A stretch of 64,000 bases of DNA. It comes from Candidatus Eiseniibacteriota bacterium (lineage in GTDB: Bacteria > Eisenbacteria > RBG-16-71-46 > JABDJR01). The notes below the pieces were generated by a model. It was not told where the DNA came from and ran no database searches. It saw only the letters and a list, made by a program, of their open reading frames with translations. This document shows positions 53,074 through 61,880 of the stretch, piece by piece. The translations under genes and the position numbers were made by a program. The stretch's first letter is position 1, and each line of letters opens with the position of its first letter. The stretch is taken from assembly GCA_963783375.1 (NCBI GenBank), contig CAWANH010000028.1, positions 1,056,001 through 1,120,000 on the forward strand, in the 5' to 3' direction.

Positions 53074-54348
53074 ATGAAGTCGATCACCCGGCTCCTGAAC
53101 AAGCGCCGGCGGCGGATCGTGGGGCTCATGTCCGGCACCTCCGCCGACGGGGTGGACGCGGCCCTGGTCGAGGTGGAGAGCATCCACGGTCCGGGAGGCA
53201 GCGTACTCACCTGGGAGCTGCTCGATTTCCAGGGCACCCCGTTTCCGGCGGCGGTGCGGGCGGAGATCCTCGCCGTCCAGGCCGGCGCACCGCATCTCCT
53301 GGAGCGGTTGACCCGGCTCCACTTCATTTTGGGGCACCTCTTCGCCGACGCGGTGGAGGCGGTGGCCGCCGAAGCCGGCCTGGGGCTGGCGGAGGTCGAC
53401 GCGGTGGCGAGCCACGGCCAGACCGTCTGCCACTTCCCGGTGTTTGCGGAGAGCCTGCCCGACCGCGAGGGGGCGGGGGCGGTCTCGTGGGGGCGCCCGG
53501 CCCGGGGGCGTACGGACTGGGTCTCGGCGTCCACCCTCCAGATCGGCGAGCCCGCGGTGATCGCGGAGCGGACCGGGCTCCCGGTGATCTCCGACTTCCG
53601 GGCCCGGGACGTGGCCGCGGGGGGAACCGGCGCGCCCCTGGTCCCGATCGTGGACCACGCCCTCTTCACCCACCCCGAGCGGGGGCGGCTGGTCCTGAAC
53701 GTCGGGGGGATCGCCAACTTCACCGCCATTCCCGCCGGGGCGGCTCCGGCCGGGGTGATCGCGCTCGACGCCGGTCCCGGGGTGATGGTGCTGGACGCCC
53801 TCATGGACGCGCTCACCGGGGGCGAGAAGCAGGTGGACGAGGGGGGCGCCCTGGCCGCCAAGGGCGCGGCGGACCCCGAGGTGGTGGCGGAGGCGCTCGC
53901 CGATCCCTACTTCGCCAAGGCGCCGCCCAAGGCGGCGGGGCGGGGGGAGTTCGGGGACGGGTTCGCGCGCGGGTTTCTGGAGGCGTGCCGGAACCGGAAG
54001 CTCTCCGAGGCCTCGACCCTGGCCAGCGCGGCGGAGCTCACCGCGAGGGCGGTTCACGACGCCTACCGGCGCTTCGTCGCCCCCGGCTTCACCGTGGACG
54101 AGGTCATCGTGAGCGGCGGGGGCGCCCACAACGTGGCGCTTCTCCGGCGGCTCGCCGATCTTTTCACCGGAATTTCCCTGGTAACTTCGGATTACTATGG
54201 GTTGGACGTGGATGCCAAGGAGGCCGCCGCCTTCGCGCTTCTCGCGCAGATGAGCCTGGAGGGGGAGCCGGGGAACCTACCCGAGGTGACCGGGGCCGCG
54301 CATCCGGTGATCCTGGGGGACATCACCCCGGGGGGCGGGCGGTCCTGA
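53074..54348 (+). CDS. anmK: Anhydro-N-acetylmuramic acid kinase
   Basis: GLMSGTSADG, SHGQTV, DFRARDVAAGGTGAPLVP, NVGGIAN, GGGAHN, KEAAAFA. Confidence 0.95.
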   Translation: MKSITRLLNKRRRRIVGLMSGTSADGVDAALVEVESIHGPGGSVLTWELLDFQGTPFPAAVRAEILAVQAGAPHLLERLTRLHFILGHLFADAVEAVAAEAGLGLAEVDAVASHGQTVCHFPVFAESLPDREGAGAVSWGRPARGRTDWVSASTLQIGEPAVIAERTGLPVISDFRARDVAAGGTGAPLVPIVDHALFTHPERGRLVLNVGGIANFTAIPAGAAPAGVIALDAGPGVMVLDALMDALTGGEKQVDEGGALAAKGAADPEVVAEALADPYFAKAPPKAAGRGEFGDGFARGFLEACRNRKLSEASTLASAAELTARAVHDAYRRFVAPGFTVDEVIVSGGGAHNVALLRRLADLFTGISLVTSDYYGLDVDAKEAAAFALLAQMSLEGEPGNLPEVTGAAHPVILGDITPGGGRS

Positions 54349-55685
54349 TGGGATTCATGCCGGCGCGGGCGGTCCGGTCGCTCCCGACGAGGGTGGGGAC
54401 GATCCCGGTGCGCCGGGCTCCCGGCCGGGCGGCCGTTCTGGTCGCGGCGCTCGCGGTCCTGGCCGGTTGCGCGGGGACCCGGCCTCCCATGCCCGCTCCC
54501 GAGGGGGGCGCGGCGCCGGAGGTCCGGGTGGGGATCCTCCTCCACGCGGACGAGGCGAAGGTGGGGGCGGCCGATCCCTATACCCTCTCCGACCCCAAGG
54601 GCGTGCTCACGGTGGGCCGGAAGGGGGAGACCTATCGCGTCCGGCGGGACGGGGACCGGCTCCTGGTCTACGGCAAGGGGAGCGAGTTCATCGCGGCCAC
54701 CGCGGGGCCGATCCGGGTCGAGCCGGATTCCCGGCAGGGGGATGTCGTGGCGGTGGGGAAGCGATACCCGGGGAGGCTCGAGATCCTGGCCAGCCCCACC
54801 GGGGGAATGAACGTGGTCAACGTCACCGACGTGGAGAGCTATCTCCGGGCGGTGGTGCCGCTCGAGATCGGGCACGCGGGGAACGACTACCGGGAGGCGG
54901 CCCGGGCCCAGGCGGTGGCCGCCCGGACCTATGCCGCCGGCCACATGGGGCGCCATCCGGCCGAGGGATACGACATGGAGGCCGGGATCAACGACCAGGT
55001 CTACGGGTCGGTGGACCGGCGCGACCCCGACGCCGACCGGGCGGTGGTCGAGACCCGGGGGCTGATCCTGGTCCACGACGGGAAGCCCATCCGCGCCAAC
55101 TACTCGTCGACCTGCGGGGGGCGGACGGCGGCGGTGGAGGAGAGCTTCGACTCGCCGCCGGTTTCGTACCTCAAGTCGCATGAGGACAAGCTGGGCGGGG
55201 AAATCGCCTGCCGCACCTCCAAGTACTATCGCTGGGAGGAGACCTGGAGCGGGGAGGACCTGGCCCGGATCTTCGCGCGCACGGTGCCCGCGGCGCTCGG
55301 GAAACCCTGGAAGGGGACCTCGGTCCGGGACGTGAAGGCGGTGGAGCGGGGAAAAAGCGGACGCGTCACCCGACTCCGCATCCGGACCGACCAAACGGAG
55401 TACGATGTGCGGAAGGGGGCCATCCGCCGGGTCCTGGAGCGGGCGGACGGCGGGGCCCTGTGGAGCACGTGGTTCGACTTGAAAGTGAAGCGCTCGGGGG
55501 ATAAGGTGCGTCGCCTTACCGCCGAGGGCCGCGGATGGGGGCACGGGGTGGGGATGTGCCAGTGGGGGGCGATGCAGCTCTCCAAGGACGGCATCGGCTA
55601 CCGGCGGATCCTGGAGCACTACTATCCGGGAACCCGACTCAAACAGTGGTACCAGGGGATGCAGGCGTCCCGGGAGGCATCATGA
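54348..55685 (+). CDS. SpoIID/LytB-domain lytic transglycosylase lipoprotein
   Basis: Lipobox LAGC; ESYLRAVVPLE, AQAVAARTY, DQVYG, YSSTCGG, GWGHGVGMCQWGA, ILEHYYPG. Confidence 0.92.
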   Translation: MGFMPARAVRSLPTRVGTIPVRRAPGRAAVLVAALAVLAGCAGTRPPMPAPEGGAAPEVRVGILLHADEAKVGAADPYTLSDPKGVLTVGRKGETYRVRRDGDRLLVYGKGSEFIAATAGPIRVEPDSRQGDVVAVGKRYPGRLEILASPTGGMNVVNVTDVESYLRAVVPLEIGHAGNDYREAARAQAVAARTYAAGHMGRHPAEGYDMEAGINDQVYGSVDRRDPDADRAVVETRGLILVHDGKPIRANYSSTCGGRTAAVEESFDSPPVSYLKSHEDKLGGEIACRTSKYYRWEETWSGEDLARIFARTVPAALGKPWKGTSVRDVKAVERGKSGRVTRLRIRTDQTEYDVRKGAIRRVLERADGGALWSTWFDLKVKRSGDKVRRLTAEGRGWGHGVGMCQWGAMQLSKDGIGYRRILEHYYPGTRLKQWYQGMQASREAS

Positions 55686-57253
55686 GCGCGATGTTCAAGA
55701 AAGGCGAGGCGGCGGCGCCCAAGACCCGGGTCTCCCGAACGCTTTCCCTGGAGGAGATGGTCGGCCAGCTCTTCGTGGTGAAGGTGGAAGCGCACGGAAA
55801 GATCAGCGAGACCCTCCAGGGCCACGAGACCAACCACTACGGCGGGCTCTTCCTGCGCCGGGAAAACCTGAACTCGGTGGACCGGACCCGGCGGTTCACC
55901 CACCGCTTCCGGCGCCCCACCCGGAAGATCCCAATTCCGGTGGTGGCGGTGGATGAGGAAGGTGGGTTGGTGAGCGACCTCATGCACCTCACGACCCCCG
56001 CGCCGTCGGCGGCGGCTCTCGGCATGGTGGACGACGAGGACGTGACCCGGGACGTCTACCAGGGGATCGGGGAGAAGGCCCGCGCCCTGGGGTTCAACAC
56101 CGTCTTCGCCCCGGTCCTGGACGTGAACGTCGAGGCCGCGAACCCGGTGATCGGAACCCGGGCCTTCGGCGCGGTGCCGTCGTTGGTGTTGAAGCACGCG
56201 ATGGCCGCCATCGACGGACTCCACCAGGCCAAGGTCACCGCCTGCGCGAAGCACTTTCCGGGGCACGGGGCTACGTCCCTGGACTCGCACCTGACCCTGC
56301 CCGAGGTGAAGGCGGACATGGCCACCCTGCGGGAGCGGGAGCTGTTGCCGTACATCGAGGCGTTCCGGCGGAGCGATCCCCCCGAGATGCTGATGACCGC
56401 CCACGTGGCCTACCCGGCCCTGGACCGCTCGGGAACTCCGGCCACGTTGTCCAAGGCGATTCTCCAGGACCTGTTGCGGAAGGATCTGGGCTTCCAGGGG
56501 GTGGTGATCACCGACGCCATGGAGATGAAGGGGATCACCGAGCGGATGTCCCCGGAGAAGGCGGCGGTGGCCGCGATCGAGGCGGGAGCGGACCTGTTGC
56601 TCTACGCCCTGGACGGCGCCATGGCCGCCGCGGCCTACAAGGGGGTGCTGGACGCGGTGCGGGCGGGGAAGATCACCGAGGAGCGGATCGGCAAGTCGGT
56701 GGACCGGGTCCATGTCCTGAGGCGGAAGTTCCGGGCCCGAACCTGGGTCAAGATGGATGAGGCGGACGAGATCCTGGACGTGGACCACGAGCAGGCGTTC
56801 TTCGAGGCCGCCCAGAAAGGGTTGGTGCTCGAGGGAAACGCCGGCGTCCTGGCCGAGATCCCGGCCGCGCGCGGGCCCAAGCTGATCATCCTGCCTCACG
56901 ACCTGGACGAGTGGCGGCGGGTTCCGCTGGAGGTGGTGCGCGAGCAGCTGGAGCCGGCGGGGTTCACGGTGCTCGAAATGTCGCCGCGGCCGAGCGCGGA
57001 GGAGATCGGCATGGCCGAGGGCCGGGCCGCCGAGGCGTCGGTAGTCGTGGTGGGGACGGCATCCCGCGGCGCCATGGCCGAGGAGAACCGGAAGCTGGTG
57101 GAGGCGTTGACCCGTCGCGACGTGATCAAGGTGGGGGTGGCCCTGCTCGATCCCCGGGACGTCGAGCACATGATGTCCGCCAATTGCCGGATCAAGACCT
57201 TCGGTTTCACCACGCCCCAGCTCTGGGCGATGTGCCAGGAGCTGTTGGGGTAG
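55682..57253 (+). CDS. nagZ: GH3 beta-N-acetylhexosaminidase
   Basis: DEEGG, KHFPGHG-x4-DSH, MTAH, TDAMEM; no signal peptide. Confidence 0.88.
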   Translation: MSAMFKKGEAAAPKTRVSRTLSLEEMVGQLFVVKVEAHGKISETLQGHETNHYGGLFLRRENLNSVDRTRRFTHRFRRPTRKIPIPVVAVDEEGGLVSDLMHLTTPAPSAAALGMVDDEDVTRDVYQGIGEKARALGFNTVFAPVLDVNVEAANPVIGTRAFGAVPSLVLKHAMAAIDGLHQAKVTACAKHFPGHGATSLDSHLTLPEVKADMATLRERELLPYIEAFRRSDPPEMLMTAHVAYPALDRSGTPATLSKAILQDLLRKDLGFQGVVITDAMEMKGITERMSPEKAAVAAIEAGADLLLYALDGAMAAAAYKGVLDAVRAGKITEERIGKSVDRVHVLRRKFRARTWVKMDEADEILDVDHEQAFFEAAQKGLVLEGNAGVLAEIPAARGPKLIILPHDLDEWRRVPLEVVREQLEPAGFTVLEMSPRPSAEEIGMAEGRAAEASVVVVGTASRGAMAEENRKLVEALTRRDVIKVGVALLDPRDVEHMMSANCRIKTFGFTTPQLWAMCQELLG

Positions 57254-57353
57254 GGGCGGTGTACCCGGGTAACTTTCGGTGCGGTGGAGGGTTGTCAGGG
57301 GGCTCCGCCGGGCCTGCGCTCGGCGTTCGAGGCGGACGGCGCGCAAATCCCGT

Positions 57354-57382
57354 TTGACAGCCGCGGGGGCGCTTGCTAGCCT
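57354..57382 (+). promoter_or_regulatory. Sigma70 promoter for tRNA-Asp
   Basis: TTGACA-17 nt-TAGCCT followed by a GC-rich discriminator. Confidence 0.6.
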
Positions 57383-57501
57383 AATGCGCCCGCGGGCGGA
57401 CTCGATTCCGGCCGCGTGAATTTTGGGGTTGTCGGACGGTCGGAGCCGGTCTCGCGCTCCGGCCATGCTCTCGCAAGTGATTGTGTTCTGTCGATTTGCG
57501 C

Positions 57502-57578
57502 GGGGTCGTAGTTCAGCTGGTTAGAACGCCGGCCTGTCACGCCGGAGGTCGCGAGTTCGAATCTCGTCGGCCCCGCCA
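57502..57578 (+). tRNA. tRNA-Asp (GTC)
   Basis: Acceptor GGGGTCG/CGGCCCC, anticodon arm CCGGC-CTGTCAC-GCCGG, T loop TTCGAAT, encoded CCA. Confidence 0.97.
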
Positions 57579-57585
57579 TCCATGA

Positions 57586-57624
57586 AAAGGAGCCCTTCGG
57601 CCAGCTGGTCGAAGGGCTTCTTGT
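57586..57624 (+). terminator. Terminator hairpin after the tRNA (possibly bidirectional)
   Basis: AAAAGGAGCCCTTCGGCCA-GC-TGGTCGAAGGGCTTCTTGT inverted repeat. Confidence 0.65.
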
Positions 57625-57707
57625 ATATGGGGGCCAGGACGGCACGCTCGGCCGGGGACGGGGGACCGGTCCGGCTTCCGGGAAACGCCGGGGCGCCCCC
57701 CCCCCGG

Positions 57708-59402
57708 CTACTTCAGGATCACCATCCGCCGGGTGAGGCTCCTGGAGCCCCAGTTGAGCCGATAGAAGTAGACGCCGGCGCTCACCCTCGAACCATTCCG
57801 GTCCCGTCCGTTCCAGGTCACCGCGTAGTCGCCGCGGGGCTGGGGCTCGTCGACCAGGCGCCTGACCAGGCGCCCGCTGGCGTCGAACACGCTCAGATCC
57901 ACCGTCGAGGCCGGAGACCCCTCCGGAATCGCGTAGGTGATGATGGTCGTTGGCTTGAAGGGGTTGGGATGATTGGAACCCAGGACCAGCCCCGGCCGTC
58001 CGGGAGCCGTCTCTTCGTCGACCCCGGTGGCCTGAAGGTCCTGCAGCTTGCTCACGAAGATGGCGGCGGGGACGCCCACCGTCCCGGTGAAGTAGACGCC
58101 GCCCGCGTCGTCCACGACAATGCCGTTCCCGCGATTGGCCGAGCCGGAGTCGAGGCTGTGGGTGAAGTTCAGGATGCCGCCGTTCCCGCTCAGCTCACAA
58201 ACGACGATTTCCGCGCCGAAATCGATGTTCCCCGGGGGAAAATCGCCCGAGGTGGTGTATCCGGCCACGAAGGCGTTTCCCTGGCCATCGATGGCCACGC
58301 TCCGGGCCTCGTCCACGGTGGAACCGCCGATGAAGGTGCTCCAGATCAGCCCGGCCCCGGTGGTCGAGAGCTTGCTGACAAAGAAGTCCTCACAGTTGTA
58401 GTCGGCACCGAACGGCACCTCGCACCCGTTGACGGCGCCCACGAAGCCCTCCTGGAAGGCGCCCGGGGTGGTGGGAAAGTCCTCCGAGCGCGTGGGGCCG
58501 GCCAGGTAGACGTTCCCGGCCGCGTCCGCAACCATGTCGCCCAGCCGATCGATGTCCGAGCCTCCGACGTAGCTGCTGAAGAGCAACGTTCCTCCGTCCG
58601 CGGACAGCTTGCTGATGAAGAGGTCGTTCGGGGCGGTGTCGACGGCGTTCACCAGGGGAAAGTCCTGGGCGGTGGTATGACCGGCGACGATGATATTGCC
58701 GTCGGCATCCAGGGCGATGCGGTCGCCCCAGTCGTCCTCGGTCCCGCCAAAGTAGGTGCTGTAGAGGATTTCGTTCCCGCCGGCGGAGAGCTTGGTGATG
58801 AATGCGTCATGGTAGAAATACAGCGGAAAGCCGGGCCCGGGCTGATAGGCGTCCTCGGTCGTGGGAAAGTCGGTCGATCCGGCGACGCCGGTGAGGTAGA
58901 TCGCATCGGCGTCGTCGATGGCGATGCCGGATCCGGAATCGGAGTAGTCGCCGCCCAGGAACGTGCTGTAGAGGATGGTTCCGTCCGAGGAAGCGAGCTT
59001 CGTCAGAAAGACGTCCCGGAAGCCGGTGAGGGTACCATCCATGGGGTTCACGACCGGAAAGTCCGGGGAGTCCGTCCAGCCGGTCACCCAGAGATCCCCC
59101 TTGGAATCGAGGGCCAGGTCGGTGGCGTAGTCGTGGTCACTGCCCTCGATGTAGCGGTTCCAGAGCTCGTCGCCGGAGGCGTCCAGCTTGATGATCACCA
59201 CGTCCAGATGGACGCCGTCCGCATACGCGGAGCCGATGAGAAAGGCCGCACCTTCGTCGTCGACGACGAGCTTGCCGGCGTGGGGAAGCGTATATCCGGA
59301 AAGGAAGGTCTCGTACTCCACGCCCGGCGCCTGGGCGGAGGCGAGCCGGCTGAATGAAGACAATCCAAGAACGAGAGCGAGCAGGAGAATTTGGCGGCGC
59401 AT
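57708..59402 (-). CDS. Secreted SBBP-repeat beta-propeller protein with FlgD-Ig/T9SS-like C-terminal domain
   Basis: Signal peptide; repeats YSTxxGG..D....IAxD..G..YxxGxTxSxDFP; C-terminal NHPNPF...DASGRLVRRL...WNGRDRNG..VSAGVYFYRL. Confidence 0.9.
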   Translation of the reverse strand: MRRQILLLALVLGLSSFSRLASAQAPGVEYETFLSGYTLPHAGKLVVDDEGAAFLIGSAYADGVHLDVVIIKLDASGDELWNRYIEGSDHDYATDLALDSKGDLWVTGWTDSPDFPVVNPMDGTLTGFRDVFLTKLASSDGTILYSTFLGGDYSDSGSGIAIDDADAIYLTGVAGSTDFPTTEDAYQPGPGFPLYFYHDAFITKLSAGGNEILYSTYFGGTEDDWGDRIALDADGNIIVAGHTTAQDFPLVNAVDTAPNDLFISKLSADGGTLLFSSYVGGSDIDRLGDMVADAAGNVYLAGPTRSEDFPTTPGAFQEGFVGAVNGCEVPFGADYNCEDFFVSKLSTTGAGLIWSTFIGGSTVDEARSVAIDGQGNAFVAGYTTSGDFPPGNIDFGAEIVVCELSGNGGILNFTHSLDSGSANRGNGIVVDDAGGVYFTGTVGVPAAIFVSKLQDLQATGVDEETAPGRPGLVLGSNHPNPFKPTTIITYAIPEGSPASTVDLSVFDASGRLVRRLVDEPQPRGDYAVTWNGRDRNGSRVSAGVYFYRLNWGSRSLTRRMVILK

Positions 59403-59672
59403 TTCCGCCTCCTTTCGCGATCCGGATGGTCGGGAACCCGGCCCATTCTGCCGAAGCGCGGTTCACGCGCCGGAGCCCGGCCTTCGAGGCTTCGCCCAGA
59501 GTACGCCCCCCTGGATCGGATGTGACCGGACTCTCCCCGGGGCCCGGAGAGACCGCGCCTGCCCATGTGATAGAATTCCCCGCCTCCCAGGAAACGATGC
59601 CGTTCGGCGTCGTCGACCGCCCCCGAACCGGCCTTGGGCCCCACCGGCCCGGCCGACGTCATGAAGGTAGCG

Positions 59673-60494
59673 ATGACCCCAGAATCCACGTCCGGAAACG
59701 TCCGGGAAACCCTCTCCGGCCCGGGCCTTCACGCCCAATGGCGGGACGACTACCGGACCGCGGCCAGCGACCGGTTCTACGACGCGGCGGTGGACCGGAT
59801 CGTGGGGATGATCGAGCCGCCGCCCGGCTCCACCCTCCTGGACGCCGGCTGCGGGGTGGGCATGGACACGATCCGACTGGCCCGCCGGGGCTACCGGGTG
59901 GTCGGCATGGATTTTTCGGAGAGCGCCCTGGGCATCGCGCGGCAGAACATCCTGTCGGCCGGAATGGCCGACCGGGTCGAGCTTCGGGCCGAGGACCTCA
60001 CCGCCCTCTCGTTCCCCGACGCCTCCTTCTCCTACATCCTCTGCTGGGGGGTGCTCATGCACATCCCCGAGGTGGAGAAGGCGCTGTCCGAGCTGGTCCG
60101 GGTGCTCAAACCGGGCGGGGCGCTGGTCCTGAGCGAGATCAACGTCCGCTCGGCCCAGCGGGTCGTCTTCCGGGCGATCCAGCGGCTCCGGGGAAAGGGC
60201 GGTGCGGGAATCCGCAAGACGCCGGCGGGAGTGGAGCACTGGTTCACCACCCCGGACGGAGAGCTGGTGGTGCGCCACACCGACATGGACTGGCTGGTCT
60301 CCGCGCTCGAACAGAGGGGGCTTGCCCTCCGAAAGCGCACCGCGGGGGAGTTCACCGAACTCTATTTGAAGACATCGTCCCCCCTCATGAAGCGGTTCAT
60401 CCACGGCTTCAACCTCTTCTGGTTCCGCGCCGTCCGCAATCCCCACCTGGCGTTCGGGAACATCCTGGTCTTCGAGAAGCCCGTCCAGGGCTGA
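59673..60494 (+). CDS. Class I SAM-dependent methyltransferase
   Basis: LLDAGCGVG, GMDFS, FPDASF, RVLKPGG. Confidence 0.9.
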   Translation: MTPESTSGNVRETLSGPGLHAQWRDDYRTAASDRFYDAAVDRIVGMIEPPPGSTLLDAGCGVGMDTIRLARRGYRVVGMDFSESALGIARQNILSAGMADRVELRAEDLTALSFPDASFSYILCWGVLMHIPEVEKALSELVRVLKPGGALVLSEINVRSAQRVVFRAIQRLRGKGGAGIRKTPAGVEHWFTTPDGELVVRHTDMDWLVSALEQRGLALRKRTAGEFTELYLKTSSPLMKRFIHGFNLFWFRAVRNPHLAFGNILVFEKPVQG

Positions 60495-61013
60495 GCCGCC
60501 GCCCTCCCAGGAGGGCGAGTAACCGGATAAAGATTATCGTTTGTTTGCCGGAACTTTCGGGGCCATCGCCGGAGTTTCTGGAACCCCCGCCATCTTGTGC
60601 GGTATCTTCAACGTACGAGGTGGGTCAAACTGCCCAGTGGGACTTGACCCGGCCCTCGAAGCTCGATCCAACGCCTCGCGGGATCGATGTGACCCATCCC
60701 CCTGACCCGGGGGCAAGAAGATCCCAGTACGCCTTCTGCTTTCCGGATACCAGGTTCGGGCGTTTTGGCCGCCTGATGAGACCCCGGATCGTCGTTGGTG
60801 GAAAGAGGGGTCAAATGGTCGCCGATACATGAGATTGGACTGGAGAACATCGGGATCCAACCACCCCCGCCGACTGGCCGGCGGTCGCGGGTAGGCCGGA
60901 GATCCTCATTCCATCTCGGAGACGTTGGCAACGGCGTCCGCATGCCGTTCCGTTGGACTTTCCGGCGGCGCGGAGGCGGACCGGGACGAGCACCTCGAGG
61001 GGCAGGTCTCAGG

Positions 61014-61871
61014 ATGAAGCGTCCTCTGATCATCATTTTCGGTGTCCTGGCCGTGGGCACCGCCCTCGCTTCGCCCTACTACGCCCTCCCCCTGGCCGGC
61101 CGGGTCCGTAGCCCCTTCCACCCCTGGCTCCGCCCCTCGGGCTACGTGGGGCAGTCCCTGGGCATCCTGGCCTTCCTGCTCTTTGCCTTCCTCTGGCTCT
61201 ATCCGATCCGGAAGCGCTTTCGCCGGCTGGCGTTCACCGGCACCATCCCCAGGTGGCTCAAGGTGCACGTGGTGGCGGGGCTGGTCGTTCCCTTCGTGGT
61301 GGCGATCCACGCGGGATGGCGCTTCAACGGGCTGGCCGGTCTGGCCTTCGCGGCCATGGTCATCGTGTGGTTGAGCGGCATCGTCGGACGCTACATCTAC
61401 GTTCGCATCCCCCGTGGGAAGTCCGGCCTCTCCCTCAGCGCGGAGGAGATCGGCGCCCACCGGGAGAGCCTGGTCGGGCGGATCTCCGCGGCGACCCGCC
61501 TCACCCCGGATCGGGTGCGCGAGCTCCTGGCCGTGGACAGCGGCTCCTACCGGGGCCTCGGGCTGGCGGGCACCTTGCGCCGCATGGTGGCCGACGATCT
61601 CACCCGGCGTCGCGCCGTCCGCACCCTTCGCCGTGAGCTGGCCAAGGGCTCGGGCGGCGGCCCCCAACTGGATCCCTCCACCCTGGGCGAGGTCCTCCGT
61701 TGCGTGCGGCAGGAGATCGCCCTCGGCCAGCAGATCCGCCTCCTCGAAGGCACCCAGCGCATCTTTCGGTTCTGGCACGCCGCCCACAAGCCGGTGGCGG
61801 TGACCGCGCTCCTGGCGGTGCTGATTCACGTCGCGGTGGTCGTGGCGGTGGGCAGCACCTGGTTCCGATAG
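61014..61871 (+). CDS. Integral membrane protein with TM histidines (ferric-reductase/cytochrome b-like)
   Basis: WLKVHVVAG, AIHAG, SGIVGRYIY, FWHAAHKP, LIHV. Confidence 0.75.
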   Translation: MKRPLIIIFGVLAVGTALASPYYALPLAGRVRSPFHPWLRPSGYVGQSLGILAFLLFAFLWLYPIRKRFRRLAFTGTIPRWLKVHVVAGLVVPFVVAIHAGWRFNGLAGLAFAAMVIVWLSGIVGRYIYVRIPRGKSGLSLSAEEIGAHRESLVGRISAATRLTPDRVRELLAVDSGSYRGLGLAGTLRRMVADDLTRRRAVRTLRRELAKGSGGGPQLDPSTLGEVLRCVRQEIALGQQIRLLEGTQRIFRFWHAAHKPVAVTALLAVLIHVAVVVAVGSTWFR

Positions 61872-61880
61872 GGAACGACG

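Noticed and set aside
60616-60660. c-di-GMP-I riboswitch suggested by GGTCAAAC...GGGAC
   Set aside because: Lacks the GNRA-capped P2 and the following GCAAAG/P3 elements; reads as a simple hairpin.
60926-60942. Sigma54-like TGGCAA...CCGCA upstream of the cytochrome operon
   Set aside because: GG-to-GC spacing is 11 nt rather than the required 10.
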